Below are positions 1 through 8,116 of a stretch of DNA of 43,343 nt, in pieces. This stretch comes from an uncultured Chthoniobacterales bacterium (GTDB lineage: Bacteria; Verrucomicrobiota; Verrucomicrobiia; Chthoniobacterales; JAFAMB01), in the NCBI GenBank assembly GCA_964252355.1, contig CAXUNV010000002.1:1-43343 (forward strand). Direction: 5' to 3'. The translations under genes and the position numbers were made by a program. Each line of letters begins with the position of its first letter. Position 1 is the stretch's first letter. The notes under the pieces were generated by a model that was not told where the DNA came from, did not search any database, and worked only from the letters and a program-made list of their open reading frames with translations.

Positions 1-1
1 G

Positions 2-397
2 AGTTCGACGCCGTTCAGCCCCTCCATCCAATTTGCCCGCCACCACGATTTCGCCGGGTATTGGGAACAGGAGATCGACTTTCGGCAACGGTGCGATTAC
101 CCGCCGTTCGTGCACTTGGTGCTGGTCCAGGTCCGGTCCGAGCACCAACGGCGCGCGGAATTTTCTGCGGAGACGCTGCACCGCCGCCTGCAGGAAGGCC
201 TAGATCCCGCCGTGACGTTGCACGCCGCCGTGCCGGCCCCGATCGAGCGGACCAAAGGTTATTTCCGCTACCACGTCCTCATGCGCAGCCGGTCGGTCTT
301 GCGGTTGACGCGCCACGTCAAGGCGACGCTGGAAAAGCTGACGTTTCCTGAAGACGTTCACGTCGGCGTGGACGTCGATCCCTACCAACTGCTGTGA
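2..397 (+). CDS. priA: primosomal protein N' (PriA), C-terminal fragment; 5' end outside window
   Basis: The frame is open from the window edge to TGA at 395-397. The tail ...HHDFAGYWEQEIDFRQRCDYPPFVHLVLVQV...APIERTKGYFRYHVLMRS...VDVDPYQLL matches the conserved PriA C-terminal domain as I recall it from E. coli (..PALAPKRGGRYRWQILLQ..DVDPIEG). Confidence 0.8.
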   Translation, partial: SSTPFSPSIQFARHHDFAGYWEQEIDFRQRCDYPPFVHLVLVQVRSEHQRRAEFSAETLHRRLQEGLDPAVTLHAAVPAPIERTKGYFRYHVLMRSRSVLRLTRHVKATLEKLTFPEDVHVGVDVDPYQLL

Positions 398-603
398 TTG
401 CGCAAGGTTGCCAAGATTGCGGCAGGATTGCCGAGATTGAGGAGGGCGGGGCGGTGGTGTGCGGGTGCCCGACTCCCCATTGACGGTTGCCGTTTGTCGG
501 TGGGAATGATCCCAAGGTGGTCCTGGCGTTCGGCGGAGTGGGTTAGACGCCCCGTCTGACAAGGGCGCGCATGACCCCTGCGGCCGGCATTAACCCCGTT
601 CGA

Positions 604-709
604 GCCTGGCGGTGTCTCGCAAGACTCGCCTTGCCCTACCATCCATTGGCGGTGGCGGCATCACCGTGACCGGCGGGACGCCGGCGCTCCCTTTGCCTCG
701 CCCCATCAT
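604..709 (+). repeat. interspersed repeat, copy 1 (rearranged variant)
   Basis: gcctggcggtgtctcgcaagactcgccttgccctaccat (604-642) matches copy 2 (9569-9607) with three mismatches. gtgaccggcgggacgccggcgctccc (666-691) is the inverted form of the ggggagcgcgggcgtcccgcccgtcac module of copies 2 and 3. A second degenerate box, tttgcctcgccccatcat, lies at 692-709. Confidence 0.6.
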
Positions 710-793
710 TTGTCCGCGGTACGGAGCACCGGCCCGCCCGGGTTCTTGTGGTCCCACCTACGGATCGCCTCGATTTCTGCGGTTACAGACTTT

Positions 794-2908
794 ATGGTGA
801 GATCCATGTCGATCGCTTCGTCGACTTCCCCCCCGGCGGTGGGCCGCTTGAAGGTCTTCGAGCGCTTGAGCCTGCCCCGCCAGTTGGCTTGGGGCTACCT
901 CGGCCTGCTGCTTTTCATGATCGGCGACGGCGTCGAGGCCGGCTATTTGGCTCCGTTCCTTTCCGGTACCGGCATGCCGCCGGAAAAGATCGCCTTCATG
1001 TTCACCCTGTACGGCATGGCCGCGGTCTTCGGGGCCCGCATGTCGGGCGCACTTGCCGATTGGCTCGGTCCGCGCACCGTCATGTGGATCGGGTTAGCGA
1101 TTTGGGCCAGCCTTGAAATCGTGTTCTTGGTGGTGGGGGTGCGGCTCGCCAACCGCGAAGTCCTGGTTTTGAGCTATGCGTTGCGTGGCCTGGGTTATCC
1201 GTTGTTTGCGTACGGCTTCCTGGTCTGCATCGCGTTTGTCACCCCGCCGCAGCAGTTGAGTTCGGCCGTGGGTTGGTTCTGGTTCGCCTTCACGGGCGGT
1301 CTACCCACCTTGGGTTCGCTCTCGGCGAGTTTCGCGATCCCGGTGCTGGGCCAGTACACCACTTTTTGGTGCTCGCTCGTCTTCGTCGTCGCCGGTGGTC
1401 TGATCATGCTCTACGGCCTGCCTTCCTCGGTGGGAGAAAAGCGTCGCCGGCAAAAGGTTGGACAGAGCCGCAAGGCCTTGTTCGCCGGCATCACCATCGC
1501 CTGGGAAAAACCGAAGGTGCTGGCGGGCTGCATCGTGCGCATGATCAACACGGCGCCGCAGTTTGGCTTCCTGATCTTTCTTCCCTCGTTCTTCATCCAC
1601 ACCGTCGGGTTCACCTTAAGCGAGTGGTTGCGGCTGCTGAGCTTCATGTTTCTCAGCAACATCATCTGGAACTTGGTGTTCGGGATTTTGGGGGATCGAC
1701 TCGGCTGGCGCAAAACGGTGGCTTACATCGGCGGGGGTGGCTGCGCGCTGAGCACCTTACTACTCTACTACCTGCCCGACCAGTTTCCCGGAAACTACCT
1801 TGTCGCCGTGGGCGCCGCGATGTTTTACGGGGCGACGCTGGCCGGCTACGTGCCCCTTTCCGCCATCATGCCGTGCTTGGCGCCGGAGAACCCCGGCGCG
1901 GCCATCTCCATGCTCAACCTGGGGGCTGGGGCGAGCGCCTGGCTTGGCCCCGCCCTCGTCGGGCTCTTCCTCAACGATTTGGGCGTCAAAGGCATGATGT
2001 GGATCTTTGCGGGCCTTTACGCCGTCAGCGCGGTGCTCGCCCTTTTCCTCAAGGTGTCTGGTGAGGACAAGCTCCACGCCGACGCCCGCGAGTCGCCTCA
2101 CTTCAGCGGCTTCGCTTTCGCCTCGGCCGGCTGCCTTTTGGGCCATCCGCCGCTGATGTCGAAGGTGCCTGGCGACAGCTCGATCAAACTCATCCTGTTC
2201 GATTTGGGGGGCACGATCTACGACGACGAAACCTTCACGAGGGCCTTGCTCCGCGCGGCGCTCGAATTGAATCCGAAGCTGAGCGAGCGCGAGTTTTGGG
2301 AGGTCTACGACGAACAACGGGGACGGTCGCACGGGTCGCTAAGGACGGTGATCGCAGAGCGTTTCGTTCCCGGAGGCGACCGGAAAGCGCTGACCTCACT
2401 GGCGAAATCGTTTTGGGAATATCCCGAGTCGGCGCTCTATCCGGACGTGAAACCGGCGTTGCAAAGCTTGGCCACAACCTTCCGTCTCGGGCTGGTCGCC
2501 AACGCCGGCCGTTCCGCGGAGAAGGCTCTGCGGCGGGACGGCCTTTACGAACTGTTCGACGTCGTCCTATTGTCCGAGTTTGTCGGGCTGGAAAAACCGA
2601 ACGAAGAGATCTTCCGGCGGGCGTTGGCAAAAGCGGGGGTGTCCGCCTCCCAAGCCGTCCACGTGGGCAACCGGTTGGACAATGACATCCGTCCGGCGCA
2701 CCGGGCCGGTTTGAAGACGATCTGGATGTTGCGGGGCGACGCGCCGCCGGCGCCGACCCTGTCCCAGTTGGCGGAACCCGATGCGGTCATCATCACGTTG
2801 AACGGGTTAGGCACCGCGTTGGCCCGGGTCAGCGCACCGGCTGGCAAAGGGAAAGTTGACGAGCGGGCCGGGGCGGCGGTGGCGGTGGCGGGAACGAGTC
2901 GCAGGTGA
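794..2908 (+). CDS. MFS transporter (RbtT/DalT/CsbX family) fused in frame to a HAD-superfamily hydrolase domain
   Basis: One uninterrupted frame. The N-terminal ~450 aa align by eye with B. subtilis CsbX (FMIGDGVEAGYLAPFL, SYALRGLGYPLFAYGF, AVGWFWFAFTGG, GDRLGWRKTV, GYVPLSAIMPCLAPENPGAA). The last 250 aa (from ATG 2156) carry HAD-IA-like motifs: LILFDLGGTIYDD, LGLVANAG, GLEKPNEEIF, VGNRLDNDI. The start is ATG 794 or 806; the 710 start of the ORF track abuts repeat copy 1. Confidence 0.8.
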   Translation: MVRSMSIASSTSPPAVGRLKVFERLSLPRQLAWGYLGLLLFMIGDGVEAGYLAPFLSGTGMPPEKIAFMFTLYGMAAVFGARMSGALADWLGPRTVMWIGLAIWASLEIVFLVVGVRLANREVLVLSYALRGLGYPLFAYGFLVCIAFVTPPQQLSSAVGWFWFAFTGGLPTLGSLSASFAIPVLGQYTTFWCSLVFVVAGGLIMLYGLPSSVGEKRRRQKVGQSRKALFAGITIAWEKPKVLAGCIVRMINTAPQFGFLIFLPSFFIHTVGFTLSEWLRLLSFMFLSNIIWNLVFGILGDRLGWRKTVAYIGGGGCALSTLLLYYLPDQFPGNYLVAVGAAMFYGATLAGYVPLSAIMPCLAPENPGAAISMLNLGAGASAWLGPALVGLFLNDLGVKGMMWIFAGLYAVSAVLALFLKVSGEDKLHADARESPHFSGFAFASAGCLLGHPPLMSKVPGDSSIKLILFDLGGTIYDDETFTRALLRAALELNPKLSEREFWEVYDEQRGRSHGSLRTVIAERFVPGGDRKALTSLAKSFWEYPESALYPDVKPALQSLATTFRLGLVANAGRSAEKALRRDGLYELFDVVLLSEFVGLEKPNEEIFRRALAKAGVSASQAVHVGNRLDNDIRPAHRAGLKTIWMLRGDAPPAPTLSQLAEPDAVIITLNGLGTALARVSAPAGKGKVDERAGAAVAVAGTSRR

Positions 2909-2911
2909 GGA

Positions 2912-2939
2912 ATCGCCGATCGTAAATCGCAAAACGGGA
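2912..2939 (+). repeat. heptanucleotide tandem repeat, site A
   Basis: ATCGCCG ATCGTAA ATCGCAA AACGGGA, beginning 4 nt after the TGA of the MFS-HAD gene. It shares the 15-nt end aaatcgcaaaacggg with site C (26409-26423). Confidence 0.7.
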
Positions 2940-3099
2940 GGCACCACCGCCGACGAACCGGTTCCGCCGTGCGCCTCAGGGTAGCACCGGCATCCCGCCG
3001 GTACCGGGCAGCGCACCCAATCGCGGAGCCCCGCCCAGGGCCGCCAAATAGAGGGTTCCCAAGCCCGGGTTTTTTGGGAGCAAGTCCTTCGCGCGCGGG

Positions 3100-3867
3100 T
3101 CACGAAAACAGCGCGCCCACATCAATCGCCACGTCCGGGTACGCTTGGGGGGAAAGCGGCGTCTGGCTCCCGGAGAAGATCTGGCAGTAGTACTCGGGTG
3201 CCAAGTAGCGCAGCAGGCGGTGGCCGGCCACGTCCACGACCCAATATTCCGGCACGCCCGCTTGCCGGTAGGCCCGCAGTTTGTCCCCGGTGTCGTAAGC
3301 AAACGTGGTATGGGCAACCTCCACGACGAGCTTGGCCACGCCAGCGGGCGGGTTATCCGGCCCGGAAGGTTTTTGCTCCAGCAAAGACAGGTCGGGCAGG
3401 AGTTCAGTCGTTTCGCTCGCGCGTAACCCCCCCAGTGAAACGTAGAGGCCCGTCCGCCGCTGAAGCACAAATTGGGCGGTAAGCTCGTTCAAGGTGATCG
3501 AGTGCGCGTTGCCGGGTATGGGCATGACGACGATCTGGCCGTCCAGCAGTTCGTGATGGCGGTCCGGGTCCAGGAACGGTTCCAAGGCGTGGAATTCCCG
3601 GATTGTCAGTTTGTGGACTTCGATCGTTCCAGCGCTCATGGCTAACCCCCCGAGGCTACCCGGCACGGGCTGGTTTGCCAAGCGTTCCGCCTTGGCGTTG
3701 GCTTCCTCAAGCAGATAGGCGTCCATCGCCCAAACCACGAGCGGCAAATCGCCGGGCCGGATCTGCCACACCTGCAGCGCATAACCCGCGTTGTCGGGCA
3801 TGCGGCTGCTCTCGAAGGTGTACGGGCCGCACTGGGCGACGTAGACGCCGTCGCGGGCCTGGTTCAC
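3100..3867 (-). CDS. Uma2-family (DUF820) endonuclease with an extra ~76-aa N-terminal region
   Basis: The C-terminal 179 aa (from ATG 3639: MSAGTIEVHKLTIREFHALEPFL..HELLDGQIVVMPIPGNAHS..VVEVAHTT..YRQAGVPEYWVVD) are typical Uma2. The same frame is open upstream, and codon third positions in 3640-3860 are strongly G/C-biased by eye. GTG at 3867 overlaps the TGA of the upstream DUF2809 gene (GTGA). Alternative starts are 3801 and 3639. Confidence 0.6.
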   Translation of the reverse strand: MNQARDGVYVAQCGPYTFESSRMPDNAGYALQVWQIRPGDLPLVVWAMDAYLLEEANAKAERLANQPVPGSLGGLAMSAGTIEVHKLTIREFHALEPFLDPDRHHELLDGQIVVMPIPGNAHSITLNELTAQFVLQRRTGLYVSLGGLRASETTELLPDLSLLEQKPSGPDNPPAGVAKLVVEVAHTTFAYDTGDKLRAYRQAGVPEYWVVDVAGHRLLRYLAPEYYCQIFSGSQTPLSPQAYPDVAIDVGALFS

Positions 3868-4256
3868 CGGCCCTGGACCCTCCAGACCATCTGCTCCGCC
3901 AGCGCGGCTAAGGTGATGCCGGCTGCGTAGGCGCCTAAGTCTGGCCACGCGAACACGTCGCCCAAAATGGCGTGACCCAACCCGGTGCGGCGAAGGGCAT
4001 TAATCCACGGCGCGTGGTAAAGCTGGCTGAACTCGTCGGCGCAGGCCACCCCAAAGGCCAGGGCGGCGATCTTGGCGGTCGGTTGGGAACGCCAGAGCCA
4101 ACCCAAGCCGACGAACACCAGCACCGCCCAAAGTGCGTCGCCGGAGTACTTCGCCCAGAACGGTGGCAAACCGACCTGGGGCGAACGCGCCGCCAAACCC
4201 AAACCGATTACGGCCACGGCAAGGAGGCTTTGGACGCGTCGGCTCCGGCGTGGCAT
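3864..4256 (-). CDS. DUF2809 family membrane protein
   Basis: WAKYSGDALWAVLVF..ACADEFSQLYHAPWINALRRTGLGHAILGDVFAWPDLGAYAAG fits the DUF2809 pattern. ATG 4256 (MPRRSRR..) is preferred because the 4337 start would overlap the cupin gene. Confidence 0.65.
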   Translation of the reverse strand: MPRRSRRVQSLLAVAVIGLGLAARSPQVGLPPFWAKYSGDALWAVLVFVGLGWLWRSQPTAKIAALAFGVACADEFSQLYHAPWINALRRTGLGHAILGDVFAWPDLGAYAAGITLAALAEQMVWRVQGR

Positions 4257-4323
4257 GGCTCGGGCGATGGGCGGGCAAGGCGGAGATGGCGAGCGCTCCC
4301 CGTCGCTGGTCGGATCGGCGCGG

Positions 4324-4803
4324 CTACTCCTCACCATCGAAGTAGTCGATCGGTTCGGAGCGGATCACCCGCCGCTCGGGCGAACGCACGGCCCACTTGC
4401 CGCTGTCAGGATAATGGCAGGACTCACCCATGGGATTGTCCGCGACGATGTAGAAAACCAAGTCGTCGGTGCCGTCGTTGATCAGTTGGTGCGGTTCGCC
4501 GGGCTTAAACAGGAATGCGTCCCCCGACTCAATGGCCGTGGTGCCGTCCTGGTGACGCACGGCGCCGCGCCCAGAAATGACGTGGTAAAACTCCCATTGC
4601 GCGCTGTGCGAATGGTAAGGGCAAAGCGCTTTGCCCGGCGGGATCCGCGCGATCTCCACGTCGAATGGATGGCGTTTCATCAGGTCGGTGGACGCCGGCT
4701 CCCGCCCGAGCGCTTCGGAAACAAATTTGCCGTACTCGCCGAATTTTTCCTTCGGCGAAAACCAAGCAACTTCCTCCAGGCTGTTGGTGTTGACCTTGAG
4801 CAT
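4324..4803 (-). CDS. cupin domain protein
   Basis: Cupin motifs are present (PYHSHSAQWEFYHVISGRG ... GDAFLFKPGEPHQLINDG). ATG at 4803 (MLKVNTNS) was chosen over the upstream extension. Confidence 0.75.
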   Translation of the reverse strand: MLKVNTNSLEEVAWFSPKEKFGEYGKFVSEALGREPASTDLMKRHPFDVEIARIPPGKALCPYHSHSAQWEFYHVISGRGAVRHQDGTTAIESGDAFLFKPGEPHQLINDGTDDLVFYIVADNPMGESCHYPDSGKWAVRSPERRVIRSEPIDYFDGEE

Positions 4804-5020
4804 GATGGGGATTCCTACGCGAGGAGCGGCCCGCTTGCAGGTCAATGCTGGGATCACTGCTGTGACGACGGTGCATCGGCACCAACGTCACCTGAGGGAG
4901 GCTTAAGGTCGGTCGGGCCGGTGGGCAACTAAATCGGGTTAAGAGCGTGAAGTTTCAGGGTACGCGCCTGCCCGCAGGGCACCTCCGATCCAGCGACCCT
5001 GGCCAGCTCCCGTCGCGGTG

Positions 5021-5518
5021 TCACCGAAGAATCTCCACCAGCAATACCCAGGCGTTTGCCACCCCAGCGATGAAGGAGAAGAGGAAACCCGCAGCCAGCC
5101 AGTACATGCCTGCGGGCGAGCCGCGCCAGAGGAGGAGCCCGGCAATCCCGAACGGCACGCACGCGCACTGGGTACGGACGATCCTGGTGGCGGCCCACCG
5201 GAGGGGATGTCCCGTCTTGCGCTTGAGGTAAGCCGCCTGTAGCCGGCTCTGGATGAGCCAGAGGACGAGGTTGAGGCTGAAAATCCCGATCCCAAGTGCC
5301 GGCGGCGGCTGCCAGGGGATGAGCATGGCCATCGAAATGAACGTCGCGCCCAGCAACTGCACGAGGGATTCCGCCGCAAGACTGGTCAGCCCGGGCAGCG
5401 TCAGGATCTGCGCTAGGTTGATGGAAACCGCGACGAACACCAGTCCCGTCAGCGTCGCCGCGGCCCCGGCCGTCGCCGACAAGTAGTCGTGCCAATCCTG
5501 GATGGCTACATGGTCCAT
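5021..5518 (-). CDS. hypothetical integral membrane protein
   Basis: There are four to five hydrophobic helices (AATLTGLVFVAVSI, LLGATFISMAMLI, LGIGIFSLNLVLWLI, VPFGIAGLLLW, YWLAAGFLFSFIAGV). I recognise no family. The start taken is ATG 5518. Confidence 0.55.
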   Translation of the reverse strand: MDHVAIQDWHDYLSATAGAAATLTGLVFVAVSINLAQILTLPGLTSLAAESLVQLLGATFISMAMLIPWQPPPALGIGIFSLNLVLWLIQSRLQAAYLKRKTGHPLRWAATRIVRTQCACVPFGIAGLLLWRGSPAGMYWLAAGFLFSFIAGVANAWVLLVEILR

Positions 5519-5579
5519 TCGTGCTCCTCGCCCTGTCCAAGGGCCTGACGTGTGTGTGGCGGCACGGTTCACTGAGAAA

Positions 5580-6389
5580 CTATCGATGGCGCCCGATGAA
5601 GGTGCTGACGATCCCAAAAAACTCCTCTTCCTTTTCGTGCTCGATCAGATGGCCACAGTCCGGAACGACCACAAATTCGGAGCCGGGGATGGCGCGGGCG
5701 ATCTCCTCCGAGAGCGGCAACGGCGTGCAGAAGTCCCGATCGCCGCAGACGACCAGCGTCGGCTGGCGGACGCCGCCGAGCCGCGGAAGTGCGTCGTGCG
5801 CCGCGATCATGTCGATGCGTTTCAGGGCGATCTCACGAGCCCTGGATCCCGCGGGCTGGGCCGTCGCCCGTTCGATCCACGCCGCCACCCGATCGGGATG
5901 CTCGCGCGCGTACTTCGGGGAAAAGAGGAAGGGCGCGTACCCGGAGAAGAGGGCGTGCCCCTCCCATTCGGCCGCCATCTTGCGCCGCACCTCAAACTCG
6001 CGCCTAATAAAGGCATCGAAGCGGGCGAACGACGCGACCATCGTGAGGGTGCGGACCGTGTGCGGGTGGTCCAATGCCAAGCACTGCCCGATGGCGCCAC
6101 CGGTCGACGCGCCCACCACGTGCACCGGACCCAAAGCGAGATGCTCGACCAAAGACGCCAGGTCGGTGGCGAGTTGCGCGGTGGTGTGGCCCTCTTCGGC
6201 ATGCGCGGATCGTCCTGTGCCCCGCTGGTCTGGCACGACGACGTGATGGCCGGCGGCGAACCGATCAATCTGAGTGCTCCAGCTCTTCCCGGTGCCACCC
6301 AGGCCGGAGACCAGCAGCACGGGAGGGTTGGCGGGATCCCCGTAAAGCTCGTAATAGAGCGAGATCCCCTGCGCATTCAGCGTAGCCAT
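5580..6389 (-). CDS. alpha/beta-fold hydrolase (RutD / enol-lactonase-like)
   Basis: Evidence is VLLVSGLGGTGKSW, DQRGTGRS, the nucleophile elbow VGASTGG (G-x-S-x-G), a C-terminal CGH, and a length of 269 aa. Confidence 0.8.
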   Translation of the reverse strand: MATLNAQGISLYYELYGDPANPPVLLVSGLGGTGKSWSTQIDRFAAGHHVVVPDQRGTGRSAHAEEGHTTAQLATDLASLVEHLALGPVHVVGASTGGAIGQCLALDHPHTVRTLTMVASFARFDAFIRREFEVRRKMAAEWEGHALFSGYAPFLFSPKYAREHPDRVAAWIERATAQPAGSRAREIALKRIDMIAAHDALPRLGGVRQPTLVVCGDRDFCTPLPLSEEIARAIPGSEFVVVPDCGHLIEHEKEEEFFGIVSTFIGRHR

Positions 6390-6464
6390 GACGGAATCCT
6401 TTAAAAAAGAAACGTTACGGTGATATGATGTTTTAGTAGTCTATTAATTAGATGATCGAAATAA
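6390..6464. promoter_or_regulatory. AT-rich divergent promoter/operator region between the hydrolase and marR-type genes
   Basis: This is the only markedly AT-rich stretch in the neighbourhood (tttaaaaaagaaacgttacggtgatatgatgttttagtagtctattaattagatgatcgaaataa). It contains the imperfect palindrome ctattaattag (6441-6451) and the AACGTT core of gaaacgttac. No -10/-35 boxes are assigned with confidence. Confidence 0.4.
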
Positions 6465-6959
6465 ATGGCCATGTCAACCTCGCGCATGCGGTCGTACGTT
6501 CCCCTGGTCCAAAAATTCGCCGCGAGGGTGGTGTTGTTCCACTCGGCGGTGGCCGGAAGACTCGGCCTCCACGCAACCGACCTGAAAAGCCTCCGGCTGC
6601 TTGGGGAGGAACCGATGTCCGCCGGTGCCCTGGCCGAGCAGATCGGGCTGACCGGAGCCGCCGTCACCGCGCTCATTGATCGGCTGGAAAAAGCTGGATA
6701 CGTCGTCCGTGAGCGTGGCGCCGACGACCGCCGCCGGATCACCGTGCACGCCGTTCCGGAGAAGCTTTGCGAGGTCGACAGCCTCTACGCAGGGCACGGT
6801 GCCAGGATGTCGAAGCTGCTTTCGAGGTACAGCGCGGAGGAGTTTCGAGTGATTGCAGACTTTCTGGAACGGACCACGCAGGTGCTCGCCGAAGAAACGA
6901 AGAAACTCCGGGACCAGCCACAAACAGGCGCAGCGGCAACCGGGCGCCAGGCGCGCTGA
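6465..6959 (+). CDS. MarR family transcriptional regulator
   Basis: Winged-helix segment SAGALAEQIGLTGAAVTALIDRLEKAGYVVRERGADDRRRITV. The gene is divergent from the hydrolase operon. Confidence 0.85.
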   Translation: MAMSTSRMRSYVPLVQKFAARVVLFHSAVAGRLGLHATDLKSLRLLGEEPMSAGALAEQIGLTGAAVTALIDRLEKAGYVVRERGADDRRRITVHAVPEKLCEVDSLYAGHGARMSKLLSRYSAEEFRVIADFLERTTQVLAEETKKLRDQPQTGAAATGRQAR

Positions 6960-6975
6960 AATCCCGTGGCACCGC

Positions 6976-8016
6976 TCAGATAGGCTCCGCGGCGCCCGCG
7001 TTGCGTACGGCGGGCGCCACATCCCTTCCCAAGAGTTCGATGGCGCGCATGAGTTTGGCGTGCGACAACGCCGCGATGCTCATCTGGAAGGTCAACCGGT
7101 CGATGCCTCCCAAAGCCTCGTTGACGTACAGGATCTTCTCCGCAACGGTCTGCGCGTCTCCGATCAGCAACGCCCCCTTGGGGCCGCGCAGGGCATTGAA
7201 GTGCGCGCGGGTGATCGGTGGCCAGCCGCGCTCCTGCCCGATCTTGGTGAAACTGCGCGCGTAACCAGGGAAGAAATCCTCGGCGGCCTGCTCCGTGGTG
7301 TCGGCAACGTAGCCAAGCGCGTGGACGCCAACCTTGAGCTTCTCATGACCGGCACGCCGACCGGCCTCGCGGTACAAGTCGATGAGTGGCCGAAAACGGT
7401 GCGGTTCGCCGCCGATGATCGCTACCATCAGCGGCAGGCCAAGGGTGCCGGCGCGGGCGAAAGACGTGGGCGTGCCGCCTACCCCAAGCCAGATGGGCAG
7501 CGGATTTTGCAGCGGACGCGGGTAGATGCCTTGACCGGTCAACGCGGCGCGGTGTCGGCCGGACCAGCGCACGCGCGGGTGCTCGCGGATCTTCAAGAGC
7601 AGGTCAAGTTTTTCACTGAAAAGCGATTCGTAGTCCTCGAGCTTAAAGCCGAAGAGCGGGAACGATTCGATGAAGGAGCCGCGGCCCACGACGATCTCCG
7701 CCCGGCCTTGGGAGAGCAGGTCAAGGGTGGCGAACTCTTGAAAGACGCGGACCGGGTCCGCGGCGCTGAGCACGGTGACGGCGCTCGCCAAACGGATGTT
7801 CCGGGTGCGCGCCGCGGCCGCCGCGAGGATGACCGCGGGCGCAGAGTCGAGGTACTCGGGGCGGTGATGTTCGCCGATGCCGAAGACGTCGAGCCCGGTC
7901 TCATCCGCCCAAGCGACCTCCTCAAGCAAATCGCTCAGGTGAGTGGCGGGGGTCCGCGTGTCGTTTGCTGAAGGGTGGGCTGCGATGGCCACGAAACTGT
8001 CGAGACCGATCTCCAT
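6976..8016 (-). CDS. LLM-class (luciferase-like) flavin-dependent oxidoreductase
   Basis: 346 aa with EVAWADETGLDVFGIGEHH, RLASAVTVLSAADPVRVFQEFATLDLLSQGRAEIVVGRGS and IWLGVGGTP, typical of luciferase-like monooxygenases. Confidence 0.8.
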   Translation of the reverse strand: MEIGLDSFVAIAAHPSANDTRTPATHLSDLLEEVAWADETGLDVFGIGEHHRPEYLDSAPAVILAAAAARTRNIRLASAVTVLSAADPVRVFQEFATLDLLSQGRAEIVVGRGSFIESFPLFGFKLEDYESLFSEKLDLLLKIREHPRVRWSGRHRAALTGQGIYPRPLQNPLPIWLGVGGTPTSFARAGTLGLPLMVAIIGGEPHRFRPLIDLYREAGRRAGHEKLKVGVHALGYVADTTEQAAEDFFPGYARSFTKIGQERGWPPITRAHFNALRGPKGALLIGDAQTVAEKILYVNEALGGIDRLTFQMSIAALSHAKLMRAIELLGRDVAPAVRNAGAAEPI

Positions 8017-8116
8017 GTGGGTAGAAGTTACCGCTGCGAACGTCTACGCCGCGCGCGAGAGCCTTCCCGCCATCTCGTGGATGGCGGGAAGCGGGGTTCT
8101 GCTTGGGTGGCCCGGT

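Noticed and set aside
590-612. tRNA-like T-loop string (ccccgTTCGAGCCtggcgg).
   Set aside because: The flanking bases do not form a T-stem or an acceptor stem, and no anticodon or D-arm can be built. It is part of repeat copy 1.
382-642. ORFs MVGQGESCETPP.. (382-642, -), MVGRGMVGQGEFYETRP.. (24576-24833, -), 9206-9655 (+) and 24612-25018 (+).
   Set aside because: They are generated by the interspersed repeat copies, which is why the same peptide strings recur wherever the repeat occurs. They have no start or Shine-Dalgarno context and no family resemblance.
6853-7971. Long plus-strand ORF (372 aa). Similar long ORFs occur at 18982-19962 (+), 20227-21162 (-), 11380-12606 (-), 39037-40152 (-), 34417-35397 (+), 5502-6404 (+), 4072-4932 (+) and 9308-10246 (-).
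   Set aside because: Each lies antisense to, or out of frame with, a gene that has clear family motifs. Their translations are Arg/Pro/Gly-rich low-complexity sequence, typical of shadow ORFs in GC-rich DNA.
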